Below, piece after piece: positions 44,101 through 53,319 of a DNA stretch of 64,000 nucleotides; position 1 is the first letter of the stretch; the number at the start of each line of letters is the position of its first letter. The stretch is taken from NCBI GenBank assembly GCA_963778655.1, contig CAVZVA010000010.1, positions 1,600,001-1,664,000 of the forward strand, written 5' to 3'. The notes beneath the pieces were generated by a model. The model was not told where the DNA came from, made no database searches, and saw only the letters and a program-made list of their open reading frames with translations. The translations under genes were made by a program, and so were the position numbers. The stretch is from an uncultured delta proteobacterium (GTDB taxonomy: Bacteria > Myxococcota_A > Polyangia > Polyangiales > JAFGIB01).

Positions 44101-44842
44101 GCAACACCTCGACGCCGTTCCAGTACACCTTGGCCGCGCCCCCGGCGCCCAGGAACAGGGTAAGCGGCCGCGCGCGCTCCGCGTATACGAAGGTTTCCGC
44201 CAGGCCGCACACGTTTTCGCGCGGTCGCAGGATCGCGCCGAGCGAGACGTAGCCGCGCCGCACGATCTCAGGGTAGGTGCGCCAGCTGACCGGGCGCTCG
44301 CGGCCCGGGTAGCTGGCCTGCAGGTCGGGCGCCTCCATGCGCTTCTGCTCCGGCGGCGTCTGGGTGTCGAAGCCGGTCTTGCCCTCGTTGTCGAAGGGCC
44401 CGATCACGCGCCAGCGGCTGACGAAGCCGAGCTGCTCGAAGGGGGCGCCCAGCGCCTCGCTGTCGCCGAGCCGCGCCTTGGCCTCGGCCAGCATGGTCTG
44501 CACCAGCACGTGCAGCGGTGGCGCGAGCCGCCGGTCGGCGGCGAGCTTCTGCAGTAGATCGCGCGTGACCGCCGGACTGGCCTCGTCCCAGCGGTCGAAC
44601 AGCGTGAGCAACGGCAGCACCGCCTCGGGCTTGTTGCCGAGCTCCGCCACGCGCTCGGCCAGCTTCTGGTCGTCGGCGTCGAGCGGGTTTTCGTCGGCGC
44701 GGGCGGGCGCGGCCCGCAGCACCGCGAGCACGCACAGGGCGAGCGCCGCGCGGAGCGCAAAAGGGGGCGGCCCGGCGTACGAGGAGAGCTTGGAGCGCGT
44801 CACGGTGGGCGACAGCGTAGCGAGCGGCCTCCTATGCGACAA
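41105..44842 (-). CDS. TPR + DUF3857 + transglutaminase-like exported protein
   Basis: Signal peptide ending ARA, WRVIGPFDNEGK, TPRs, FPDLEPGDVVEVRY, RYVGLEFGIHG, GFGDCKDKA / FDHAI / FLDGT (Cys-His-Asp). Start uncertain. Confidence 0.9.
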   Translation of the reverse strand: MSHRRPLATLSPTVTRSKLSSYAGPPPFALRAALALCVLAVLRAAPARADENPLDADDQKLAERVAELGNKPEAVLPLLTLFDRWDEASPAVTRDLLQKLAADRRLAPPLHVLVQTMLAEAKARLGDSEALGAPFEQLGFVSRWRVIGPFDNEGKTGFDTQTPPEQKRMEAPDLQASYPGRERPVSWRTYPEIVRRGYVSLGAILRPRENVCGLAETFVYAERARPLTLFLGAGGAAKVYWNGVEVLRDSAYRLPSADRSVATVGARKGANRVLVKVCVTGSAWGFSLRLGEADGSPAKALRVETKSDDALDITPVKPGTKLPAPPLLPLAAFEQAAKRTPEDPAALAQLARYLHDTGSDDPAERRAKQLAAHAAELAPTLENLRLASELAEERAEVMRFAQKAAELFPDAPESLLLQAKVRASGPTPEDALPLIARIPEGDQSWPAAQSLKAQVLSELDLPATARSTIEHALAKLGDSVRLLRQLADLDNATGAQDGSIAARKRLLALRFDDSSSRHVLITDALQRGATAEVLDQIDVQAKLAPGAADTLLSIARLYDGLGRDDLVLATYRRAMDLVPEAPEILVAYGRALLRAERPDLAAQAFTRALALKPQDAATRELLEQIKPKRRDDEAYAMASDKILASRGKAPGYPTTVLMDLTVNTVFDNGLGSSFHQHAVEVHDEEGARQYRTFPIQYDPDSQRVELRLARVYRKDGHVLESVRTAEEQLGEPWYRIYYDTRALIVVFPDLEPGDVVEVRYRVDDIAHRNLFADYYGDLHVWQGAAPVVRSEYVLITPASRQFYMNESPLPGLAHKQEVLGNRRIDYFAANDVPAVVSEGGMPGITETAAYLHVSTYKSWQDVGRWYWGLIKDQLYADESLKRTVHKLCADAKTDREKVDRIHDWVVQNTRYVGLEFGIHGFMPYRVPLIVQRGFGDCKDKASLLYTMLREAGIDARIALTRTRHNGAISDQPASLAIFDHAITYVPAFDLFLDGTAEHSGADELPVQDQGVTVLLVGPKGAELHTTPVFDAARNDKRTRTLQVQLAADGSAKIDGQEVVAGAEAAGYREYYQAPGTRAERFERNLAGLYPGLKLESQHFDSLDSLEQPVRFGYRISVPQLAHWDGDELRVEPSVLHDLVQEMAPLPERVHPLDLEGNRLYIEVRNVRVPAGMHAVALPPGGEASSPFGHLRLGFSQDGGTISARTELEVTRDRIAREDYPAFRRWVEAADQLLKQRIGMRKDQRR

Positions 44843-44953
44843 GGAAAGGAATTGGGTCTTCGAGGTCGGCCCACCGCGAGCGTCCGCCGCGCGCCGCGCA
44901 GCCAGCGCAGCGCACGTGGAGGGCTTGCGGGCGAGCTTTCGCGCGCTATGGGC

Positions 44954-45880
44954 TCAGGATCGGCGCGGACCGCCCGGCCGCGTGCGCGGTGGAAGCCGTG
45001 CTGGTGGCAGCCGGGGCGCAGGCGCCGAAGAGCTGGACGGCGGTGCGGCGGAGACGATGCGGGGCGTGGCGGCTGCAGGGCTCGGGGCCGCGGCCTTGGG
45101 GGCGGCGGCCATGGCACGGGGAGCGGACACCGAGCTCGTGGCGGCAGGCCTCGCGGCTACGGCGGCGACCTGCGGATGGGTCGCCGGCGCGACCTCGACC
45201 GGTTGCGGGCTCGGCTGCGCGTCGCTGGTCTCGAGGCGGTCGACCAGCTCGCTGCCCGCGTTGAGCAGGCCGGCTTCGTACTGGGCGACGCGCGACGACA
45301 GCCAGTTGAACAACAGCACCGAGGGGATCGCCACCGTCAAGCCGTAGCCGGTGACCACTAGCGCTTCGGCGATCGCGGCGCCGATCGTGCCGATGCCGCC
45401 GGAGCCCGTGACCGAGATCAGCTTGAACGCATTGATGATGCCGAGCACGGTGCCGAGCAGGCCCACGAAAGGCGCCGTCGATCCGGTCGAGGCCAGAATG
45501 TTCATGCCTCGGTTGAGGTCGCGACTGATCGCGTCGCCCTTGCGCTCGAGCGCGCGCCGCGCGAGCTCACTGGCGCGCGCGATGTCGTCGCCCACTCCGA
45601 TGCGCGCCATGAAGGTGCGCAGCCCGACCTCCAGGTAACTCGCGAACGGATTGGCCTTGTGCGCTTGCGCCTCGGCGAGGGCAGCTGGAAACGCGCCCGC
45701 CTCCATTGCGCCAGCGACCATGCTCGCAAACGCGGTCGCGCGTTTGGCCGACGTGGTCAGCATGACGATTCGGTCGATCACGACCGCAACGCACGCGATC
45801 GCCTGCAATGTCAGCAGCACGACGACGCACCGGACCGGCAGACCCATGCTGTGCCACAGCTCGACGAGATTGATCTGCAT
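44954..45880 (-). CDS. exbB: MotA/TolQ/ExbB proton channel protein with Pro/Ala tail
   Basis: LASTGSTAPFVGLLGTVLGII and IAEALVVTGYGLTVAIP; GGAG RBS; follows tonB. Confidence 0.88.
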   Translation of the reverse strand: MQINLVELWHSMGLPVRCVVVLLTLQAIACVAVVIDRIVMLTTSAKRATAFASMVAGAMEAGAFPAALAEAQAHKANPFASYLEVGLRTFMARIGVGDDIARASELARRALERKGDAISRDLNRGMNILASTGSTAPFVGLLGTVLGIINAFKLISVTGSGGIGTIGAAIAEALVVTGYGLTVAIPSVLLFNWLSSRVAQYEAGLLNAGSELVDRLETSDAQPSPQPVEVAPATHPQVAAVAARPAATSSVSAPRAMAAAPKAAAPSPAAATPRIVSAAPPSSSSAPAPRLPPARLPPRTRPGGPRRS

Positions 45881-45945
45881 GACTGCCTTTCTCCTTCACG
45901 CTCGGGTCGGCGCCTCGCCGCCGACGTGGATTCGACATTCGACGT

Positions 45946-46641
45946 TCAGAGGTCCTCCAAGCGAAACACGATCGACCTCTTCATCCGATAGCGGACGGCC
46001 TTCCCGCCGCGATGGGCGGGCTTGAAGCGCCAGCTCAGCGCCGCCTTCAGCACGCTGTCGCGCAGCTCGGGCGGACCGCTGACGATCTGCGGGTTGGCGA
46101 CGTGCCCGTCTTCGAGCACATCGAACACGACCACCACCACCCCCTCGATGCCCTTGCGACGGGCGGCGGGCGCGTAGCGCGGCCGGTCGATCGAGCCGAC
46201 CGCGACCGGCGCGATCAAGGGCGCAGGCGGCGGGGGAGGGGGCGGAACCGCGCGACCGTTGCCGCGCCCGCCCAGCGTCCCGTCGAGGAAGCCATCCACC
46301 GGACCGCTTTCGTCCGCCGCGGCCAGCTCCCTGTTCGACTCCTTGAGCTTCTCGTCCGAGATCTTGTCGGGGGGCGCGAGCGCCGGTCGCTTGACCTTGG
46401 GACGCGGGCTCCGCGCTGGAGCGGCCGCGGGTTGCAAAGGAGGCGGTTCCGGCTCGGGCGGTGGCGGCGGCGCAAACTCGACCGTGGTCAGCTCTTCCTG
46501 GACGATCTTGCGCACGGTGGCCGTCGCTGCGATGACCGCCGCGCTCGTGCCCGCGTAGAGCACCAGCGCCGCCGCGAACGACTTGCGAAACCGCTGCTGG
46601 GACTCGTGGCCGGCAGGTGATACCTGGAAATCGTCGAACAT
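45946..46641 (-). CDS. tonB: TonB family energy transducer
   Basis: N-terminal TM, Pro-rich linker, PRYAPAARRKGIEGVVVVVFDV...WRFKPA. Confidence 0.9.
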   Translation of the reverse strand: MFDDFQVSPAGHESQQRFRKSFAAALVLYAGTSAAVIAATATVRKIVQEELTTVEFAPPPPPEPEPPPLQPAAAPARSPRPKVKRPALAPPDKISDEKLKESNRELAAADESGPVDGFLDGTLGGRGNGRAVPPPPPPPAPLIAPVAVGSIDRPRYAPAARRKGIEGVVVVVFDVLEDGHVANPQIVSGPPELRDSVLKAALSWRFKPAHRGGKAVRYRMKRSIVFRLEDL

Positions 46642-46662
46642 CGCTGTCGCTTGCCGGGGGTC

Positions 46663-47514
46663 CTATTGGCACACCGTAGCGCACATCGTCATCCCCGTGC
46701 AGGTGCCGAAAACGCTGCTGGCCGCGCAAGGGTTGGCATCGGCCATATCGACCATGGCGCAGGTCGCGACGCTGCCCCCCATGTAGGCCCCGGCCGCGTC
46801 GATTTCGGCCATGCACAGGTCCGCGGTGTAGCAGGCGGCGCCCGAGCACTTCTTCGCGGTCGCGCAGTTGATCACGGCGCTGCACAGGGTGGTGAACTGC
46901 GGGTCCGGGTTGTTGAAGCAGCGGTTGAACTCGTCCAGGCAACCGCCCATCGCGTCGGGCGTGCAGGCGCACGCCTGGCAGTCGGCGTTGGGCTGCGTGT
47001 ACGCGGCGACGCAGGCCTGGTCCGGCGTGAAGCCGCCGACGGTGAGGCTGACGCTGGCCGGGGCGCTGAACGCGTTGTCGTTGTCACGCACCCACAGGCT
47101 GAAGCGGTACTTGCCCTTCTCGGTCAGGGTCACCTGGGTGGTGGGCCCGGGCCCGGAGACGGGGTCGCCGGTGAAGGCCGGCGCCGCCGCCGCGCCGGCC
47201 CCTGCGGCGCCCATGTCCGCCGGCAGGCCGAAGCGCGCCGCCGCGCTCACGTCGGTGCGCATCCAGCGGTACTCGACGATGGAGCCGTCTGGATCGGTGC
47301 TCGACGCGCCGTCGAGCACCACCGTGACCGGCTGGCCGTCGAACGGAATCGGCAGCGAGGGAGACACGGATTGTCCCCCGAGCTGCACGTCGATCCGCGC
47401 GACCGGCAATTTGTTGAGCTTGGTGACCGGCAGACAGCTCACCGCCAGCCCTGCTAGTCCCAGGATCAGGGCTCGGTATACCGCATACGTGCTTGCTCGC
47501 TTGGCGCTGGTCAT
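46663..47514 (-). CDS. Lipoprotein with PKD-like domain and Cys-rich C-terminus
   Basis: Lipobox LAVSC; VVLDGASSTDPDGSIVEYRW; many Cys in the last third. Confidence 0.75.
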   Translation of the reverse strand: MTSAKRASTYAVYRALILGLAGLAVSCLPVTKLNKLPVARIDVQLGGQSVSPSLPIPFDGQPVTVVLDGASSTDPDGSIVEYRWMRTDVSAAARFGLPADMGAAGAGAAAAPAFTGDPVSGPGPTTQVTLTEKGKYRFSLWVRDNDNAFSAPASVSLTVGGFTPDQACVAAYTQPNADCQACACTPDAMGGCLDEFNRCFNNPDPQFTTLCSAVINCATAKKCSGAACYTADLCMAEIDAAGAYMGGSVATCAMVDMADANPCAASSVFGTCTGMTMCATVCQ

Positions 47515-47517
47515 GGC

Positions 47518-50500
47518 TCAGAGCTCCTGGATCACGCGGGCGTAGATCATGCGGCCGCGCGGATCGTGGGTGAGGGGGTCATAGCCAAGCGGTGCGTTGA
47601 CGACCGGAGGTAACGCATCGGTGACGTTCTGGACGCCGACGCGAAGCGTCGTGCTCTGTCCCTTGGCTTCCTCGATCCGGTAGGAGTACTGCAGGTCCAG
47701 GCTCACGAACGGGTCGATGCCCGGGAAGTACATCACCGGCGGCACTTGGGCGCCGTCGTCCTTGTAGCCGCTGATGAAATGTCCGATCACCGCGGCGCTG
47801 TGGCCGAGGAAGGTCCAGCTCAGCGGCAGCGTCGCGCGCAGGCGCGGAATCGGGCGCACAAAGTTGGTCGCGTTGCGCAACCCGGCCACATCGCAGGTGT
47901 TGGCGCTCTTGTTGCAGTTGGCGTCCGCGAAGTCGCGGTTGAGCGCGGAAACCTGATCGTAGGGAATGTCGTACGCGAGCACGTAGCTGCCGTTGATCCC
48001 GAAGCCGAAGGTTCCGGCGTGGACCCCGAAGTCGGTGCGGTAGTTGAGCTCGAGGTCGATGCCGTGCGTCATCACACTCGAGGCGTTGATGAACTTGGTG
48101 TCCACCTGCTGGATCTGACGGCTGAAGGGGTCGCGGTGAACCGCGGGGTTGCCGAGCGGATTGGCGGGATCGGCCGCCTTGAAATCCGCGCTCACCACCT
48201 GCTGCGGATCCTCCTTCACGATGATCTTTCGGTAGTCGTAGTGCCAGTAGTCGCCTTGTAGCGTGAAGCCCTTGACCGGGCTCCACTCGACGCCCCCCGT
48301 GATCGCGGTCGAGGTCTGCGGCGACAGGTTGGGATTGCCCAGCGTCTGGATCGGCAGGAAGGTGTCGCCCGTCGCCGCCATCGGCATGTTGGGATCCATC
48401 GGGTTGGGGCGGGTCGAGTTGATCGCCAGCAGGGCCGTCTGTGCGCCGTCGCTCTGCAGCAAGGAGGGCGCGACGAACGAGGTGGCGTAGGTTCCCCGGA
48501 CCCGCGCCTTGGACGCGGGCGACGCGTTGTCGCCCATGAACGTCGTGGCCGGTGTCCAGCTCAGACCCAGCATCGGATTCACTGTCGTCCCCACGTCGCT
48601 GTAGTTCTCGAGGCGACCGGCGACCTGGGTGTCGAACCCGCGGTAGAAGGGAATCGCAAGCTCGCCATATCCGGCGAAGATGCGGCGTTCGGCGGTGAAA
48701 TCCGGCCCCCCCAGCAGGAACAGATAGTTGAGCTGGTTCGAGTCGTGGTCGGAATTGCTGCTCACGCTCTCGCGCCGCACCTGACCACCGACCGCGAGCG
48801 ACAGGTCGCCGCCCGGCAGCTCGACAATCGGCCCGTTGAGGTCGAAGCCCGCGGTGGTGAGCTCGGACTTCCCGACCACGGTGAGCTCGCCGGTCACCCG
48901 ATCGAGGATCGCCTGCGAGTTGGGTGCTCCCGCGTAGAACAGATTGAGACAGTCGGCCGGATCGCTCATCGGGTTGCAGCTGTCGAGGGCATCCTGCAAG
49001 GGGCCCTTGAGCTGGTCCGGTAGGGCGGTCTCGAAGCGATTGGTGCCGTACGTGCCTGCGATCTCCCATTCCCACTCGCCGAGCTTGCCGTCCGACAGCC
49101 CGCCGAAGTCGCCGCTTATTCCGGCCACGGTGTGCAAGGTATCCGACTGGTACGTCTGCTCTTGCGGCGGCGAGTTGCCTCCGAGCACGCGCCCGTAGAC
49201 CCGAAGTCGATTGCCGGTGGGGTTGTAGGCGTTGTCCGCCGGGACGTACACCGGTTGCAGGATCGGAAACGAGGGCGAGAGCGTGCGATGGCTGTTGTCG
49301 CGGGCGTAGCCCCCCTCGAAGAAGACCATCGTGTGATCGCTGATGTCGTGCTCCAGCGTCGCATAGGTGTTGACGCGTTGCTCGTCGAGCACGAGCACGT
49401 AGTAGGAGTTGAAGTCGAAGGTACAAAACGGCAGCGGCGCATTCGGATCCATCGTAGGGGCCGATAGAGGCACCTTCCCGCAGCCCGGATCCTGAATGCC
49501 CTTCGCGACCGGCTTGCCCGAGGCGTCGACCGGAAGGTAGGTGCCGGGCCAACCGATGTTGCTGACGTTCTTACCGTTGTTGGTGAACGCGCGATCGCCG
49601 GCATACAGGGGGGAGCGCTTGAAGTACGTCAGCATGGCGGTCGCCCGCGTGGTATCGCTGTTCGCTCCCCCGATCAGCGACACATCCCACTCGCGCTGAT
49701 CCATGCGGTCCGTGGTCTGCCCGCCGGCCTGCGCCTCGAAACCATCGAAACGCTTGCGCGTGATCAGGTTGACTACGCCGGCGACCGCGTCCGAGCCGTA
49801 AATCGCGGAGGCCCCGCCCTTCAGGATTTCGAAGCGCTCGACCAGCGGCAGCGGCAGCGTGTTGATGTCGACGAAGTTGGTGCCGTCGGTGGCGAGCGAG
49901 GCGCTTTGCACCAGGCGCCGGCCGTTGAGCAGCACCAGCGTCGAGTTCAGACCCAGCCCGCGCAGGTTGAATTGAGCCGTGCCCGCGGACCCTCCCGAGA
50001 TGTCGGCGTTGAACTCGGAGCCCGAGTTGATGTTCATGTACTTCACGACGTCGGCCATGTTGTTGGCGCCGCTCAGCTGCAGCTGCTTGCGGTCGACCAC
50101 CTGGACCGACGACGGTTGGGCGTAGCTCGAGCGCTTGATGCGCGAGCCCGTGACGACCATTTCCTCGCCGGGCGCCTCGGCCACGGGAGGCGGCGGTGCC
50201 GCGGGTTCCGCCTCGGGCTGGGCCGCGGCGGCCGTGGCAGCGGCCGGTCCGGAGCCCTCGTCCTCGGCGGTGGCGCTTTTCGGCGCGGCCTCGCCTTCCG
50301 CCGGGCCGGGCTCGGGGCTCGGGGCCCCGGCTTCGGCACCGCTTTCAGGCGCCCCGGGCTGCGCGCCTGGCTCAGGCTCGTCCGCGAACGGGTCCGAGGG
50401 CTGATCGCTGGCGGGTGCCTGTTCCGGCTTCTGCTGTGCGCTCGCATTGCTCGCGCTTGCCAGCAGCAAGCCCAAAGCGAGGGCACACCACTCTCGTGTC

Positions 50501-50520
50501 CCCGTACGTGACCATTGCAT
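47518..50520 (-). CDS. TonB-dependent receptor
   Basis: ATG 50520 after GGAGG; TonB box EMVVTGSRI, plug NLRGLG..TLVLLNGRR, ILKGGASAIYGSDAVAGVVNLIT, GNPNLSPQTS, C-terminal PRGRMIYARV. Confidence 0.95.
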   Translation of the reverse strand: MQWSRTGTREWCALALGLLLASASNASAQQKPEQAPASDQPSDPFADEPEPGAQPGAPESGAEAGAPSPEPGPAEGEAAPKSATAEDEGSGPAAATAAAAQPEAEPAAPPPPVAEAPGEEMVVTGSRIKRSSYAQPSSVQVVDRKQLQLSGANNMADVVKYMNINSGSEFNADISGGSAGTAQFNLRGLGLNSTLVLLNGRRLVQSASLATDGTNFVDINTLPLPLVERFEILKGGASAIYGSDAVAGVVNLITRKRFDGFEAQAGGQTTDRMDQREWDVSLIGGANSDTTRATAMLTYFKRSPLYAGDRAFTNNGKNVSNIGWPGTYLPVDASGKPVAKGIQDPGCGKVPLSAPTMDPNAPLPFCTFDFNSYYVLVLDEQRVNTYATLEHDISDHTMVFFEGGYARDNSHRTLSPSFPILQPVYVPADNAYNPTGNRLRVYGRVLGGNSPPQEQTYQSDTLHTVAGISGDFGGLSDGKLGEWEWEIAGTYGTNRFETALPDQLKGPLQDALDSCNPMSDPADCLNLFYAGAPNSQAILDRVTGELTVVGKSELTTAGFDLNGPIVELPGGDLSLAVGGQVRRESVSSNSDHDSNQLNYLFLLGGPDFTAERRIFAGYGELAIPFYRGFDTQVAGRLENYSDVGTTVNPMLGLSWTPATTFMGDNASPASKARVRGTYATSFVAPSLLQSDGAQTALLAINSTRPNPMDPNMPMAATGDTFLPIQTLGNPNLSPQTSTAITGGVEWSPVKGFTLQGDYWHYDYRKIIVKEDPQQVVSADFKAADPANPLGNPAVHRDPFSRQIQQVDTKFINASSVMTHGIDLELNYRTDFGVHAGTFGFGINGSYVLAYDIPYDQVSALNRDFADANCNKSANTCDVAGLRNATNFVRPIPRLRATLPLSWTFLGHSAAVIGHFISGYKDDGAQVPPVMYFPGIDPFVSLDLQYSYRIEEAKGQSTTLRVGVQNVTDALPPVVNAPLGYDPLTHDPRGRMIYARVIQEL

Positions 50521-50873
50521 CGCTGCCCTCCGGCGAAGGTCGACTCGCACACTCGCTCGTCCCAACTTCCCCGGCAAGGGCGAGCGACGGGGTCGGGACG
50601 TTACTACCGTGGTATTCGAGCCGCAATACTGATTCGGTGCGGTAATCGACATGGATACTGCTTTATCGCAACCCGCGCGCGATCGGTGTCCTTGTCTTCG
50701 GCTAGCTTGCTCAGCGTTAGATAGTCTAGAAGAAAGCAAAACGCAGGCGGCGCGCTGCGGCTGGAATGATGAGACCACCGAATAGAGAGTCACCGAAGAA
50801 ACATGCCGGGCTGGCGCGGCGCCGCGTGCTGAACCGTGCGTTGCGTCGCTGCAACGCGAGTGCATGGCCGCTG

Positions 50874-51725
50874 GTGACGAGGACGCGTCGATTGTCACGG
50901 CTTCGCTGGCTGCGTGGCCTGATCGCGCTCTTGGCGTGTTGGCTGTGGACCGATGCGAGCGCTGCGCAGGTGAATACCGAGATCTTGCGCCCTGCGCGCG
51001 AGAGAGAAGGTTTCTCCGCCGATCTCGACGCCAGTCTCTCGCTGTCGCGCGGCAACGTCGAGGAGCTCGACCTCGGCGGCATGCTCAAGGCGCAGTATCA
51101 AACGTTGTATCCGTTGCCGCCGGCACCCGAGCACGAGCCTGCGCCGGTGCCCTTCGTGAGGCAGCAGGCGTTCGTAGTGGCCAACGGGCGCAGGGCCGAG
51201 CAATCGGGCAACACCTTCGTCGACGAGGCTTTTGCGCACGCCCGCTGGACCGGCATGTGGCACCCGCGTGTCGGCAGCGAGCTGTTCGTGCAGGGCCAGC
51301 TCAATCGTTTCCAGCGCCTGCTCGCGCGTAGCCTGGTCGGTGCCGGCGTGCGCGTCGACATCGTGCACAGCCCCGCGCTGCGGCTGTGGGGCGGCAGCGG
51401 CTACATGTTCGAGCACGACCACGTCGACGTGCAGGCGGGCGCGTCCGATGCTGCCGAGACCTACGAGCACCGCTGGACGAGCTACCTGGCGTCGCGGCTC
51501 GAGCTGTGGGGCGGACCGCTCCTGCTGCAGAACACGCTGTACGTGCAGCCGCGCTTCGACGCGCTCTCGGACTTCAGGCTGCTCGAAGAGCTGCAGCTGC
51601 TAGCCAAGGTCACGCAGGTGCTCTCGCTCGGGACCAAGCTCAGCGTGCTGCACGACAGCGCGCCCCCGACCGGGGTGAAGCAGACCGATCTGCGCCTGTC
51701 GAGCACGCTGCACTTATCATTTTGA
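50874..51725 (+). CDS. DUF481 family outer membrane protein
   Basis: Signal peptide, AQVNTEILR, SRGNVE, NTLYVQPRFDALSDFR, terminal LHLSF. Start uncertain (50766-50892). Confidence 0.75.
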   Translation: MTRTRRLSRLRWLRGLIALLACWLWTDASAAQVNTEILRPAREREGFSADLDASLSLSRGNVEELDLGGMLKAQYQTLYPLPPAPEHEPAPVPFVRQQAFVVANGRRAEQSGNTFVDEAFAHARWTGMWHPRVGSELFVQGQLNRFQRLLARSLVGAGVRVDIVHSPALRLWGGSGYMFEHDHVDVQAGASDAAETYEHRWTSYLASRLELWGGPLLLQNTLYVQPRFDALSDFRLLEELQLLAKVTQVLSLGTKLSVLHDSAPPTGVKQTDLRLSSTLHLSF

Positions 51726-51879
51726 CGCGATCGGGGTGAGATCGGGCTCATGGGCTACGCCGCGGTGAAGACGCCGGGTCTGGTTCTTGTACTAAGCGCG
51801 CTCGTGTCTGTCTGGGCGCCCGGCGGTCGGCGGGTTGAGGACGAGCACGACATAACGCGGCCGCGTGGGGTTGGAAGGG

Positions 51880-52617
51880 TCAGCTCGAGGGGGGCTCGGC
51901 GCTTTGCTTGCGCGCTTGCTCGAGGGCTTGGTCGGCGGCGGATTGGGCGCTGCGCGCCGCGTCGAGCTGGTTGCGGGCGCCGCGGGCGCCAGCGGCATGC
52001 TCGATCTCGCTGGCGACCGTGCCCGCGCGCTCGGGGTCGAGGCCGAGCGCGCGGGCGGCTGCGAGCGTGAGCGCGGCGCGCTGGCGCAGCAGCGCCGCGG
52101 CCTGCGCTTCGGCTTGCTCGCGCTCGCGCGCCGAGCCGAGGCGGCCGGCCTTCGCCTGGTCGGCCCGCGCCAGCAGGGCTGTGGCCGCGGCTTGCGCGCG
52201 CCGGCCCGCCTCCACGCGCGCCGCCTGCGCCTCCAGCTCGAGCCGCTCGCGCTCCAGCGCGGCGCGACGCTGAAGCGCTTGTGCGTAGCGCGCTTCGGCC
52301 GCCGCGCCCGTGCGCTCGGCGGCGATGCGGTCGGCTTCCGCGATCGCGGTCTGCAGCCAAACCCTGGCGCGCGCCCGCGCGTCGGCCCGCGCCTGCGAAT
52401 CGGTTTCGCGCGCAGCTTGCTGCAGGGCGCGCTGCGCGCGCGCGTAGAGGTCCGGCGCATCGGCCTGCGCGCGTCGCGCGTCGGCTTGCTCGAAGCGCGC
52501 GTCGCGCACCATGCCCGGCCCAGCGCTGCCGCGGCTCGCGCAGGCCGCGCAGGTCAGCGCGACGGCAGCCAGCCAGCGCGGCCACGCGCGTCCCCGTCGG
52601 CGGCGCGCGCGGCTCAC
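51880..52617 (-). CDS. Ala-rich coiled-coil lipoprotein
   Basis: GTG 52617 overlaps the upstream TGA; WLAAVALTCAAC lipobox; helical body. Confidence 0.65.
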   Translation of the reverse strand: MSRARRRRGRAWPRWLAAVALTCAACASRGSAGPGMVRDARFEQADARRAQADAPDLYARAQRALQQAARETDSQARADARARARVWLQTAIAEADRIAAERTGAAAEARYAQALQRRAALERERLELEAQAARVEAGRRAQAAATALLARADQAKAGRLGSAREREQAEAQAAALLRQRAALTLAAARALGLDPERAGTVASEIEHAAGARGARNQLDAARSAQSAADQALEQARKQSAEPPSS

Positions 52618-53112
52618 CGCGCCTCCGCGCCTAGCGCGCCGAGCCGCGCCCGCGCCTGCGCCTGCGCGAGGGCCTGCTCGGCGCGCGCTTGCGCCGCCTC
52701 TGCCGCCGCGGCGCGGCGCTCGGCCGCGTCGCGCGCATAGCCCGCCTGCGTGGCCGCGATTTGCCGCGAGGCCCAGGCCAGCGCAGCCCACGCCAGCTGC
52801 TTGGCGCCCTGCGCCTCGCGCGTGCGTCCCGCAGCCAGCGCCGCGCGTGCCCGCGCCAGCGCAGTGCGTCCCTGGGAAAGCGCTGCCTCGGCCACGCCGG
52901 CGTCACTGCGCTCTGCGAGCCGTGCGAGGCGCTGCGCGATTCTGCGAGAGCTCGGGCTCGAGCGGTGGCACGCGCGGTGCCGCCGGCGCGAGCAACCCCG
53001 ACACGCTCGTGCCCGGCCCCTGCGCGGGCCGCGCCTGAGCGTGAGCCCGGCCGCCGCCGGCGCAGCCGAGCAGGGCGAGCAGGCAAGCCCAACGCGCACG
53101 CATCGCGCGCAT
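52614..53112 (-). CDS. Ala-rich coiled-coil exported protein, one frameshift near 52941
   Basis: MRAMRARWACLLALLGC...LEPELSQ in one frame continues as IAQRLARLAERSDAG... if one A is removed from CAG-A-ATC. Confidence 0.6.
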
Positions 53113-53164
53113 GGAAGCACACTCCCAAGGGACCCGAAAGCACCTCGCCGCCGCCGCTCCCGGC

Positions 53165-53228
53165 ATTCGCATCCGTACCCGTGCCCGTAGCCGTGCTCGT
53201 AGTCGTACCCGTGCCCGCACCCCGTGCC
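53165..53228. repeat. Degenerate hexamer repeat (CCCGTG/CCCGTA-like), probably intergenic
   Basis: ccgtacccgtgcccgtagccgtgctcgtagtcgtacccgtgcccgcacc between divergent genes. Confidence 0.7.
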
Positions 53229-53319
53229 GCCGCCCCCGCCGCTCTCCCCGGGCGCGCCCGCCTTGAAAGGGGTTTACCTTCCGCTGCGCGCAGAGTACCG
53301 CAGCAGCCAGCCTCGCCCC

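Noticed and set aside
44954..46641. Gliding motility motor genes (aglR/gltG)
   Set aside because: No aglQS or glt neighbours; the context next to a TonB-dependent receptor favours transport.
50521..50800. Cobalamin or other riboswitch ahead of the TonB-dependent receptor
   Set aside because: Only one hairpin (about 50553-50587) and a GGGAAG word; no B12 box or other aptamer consensus.
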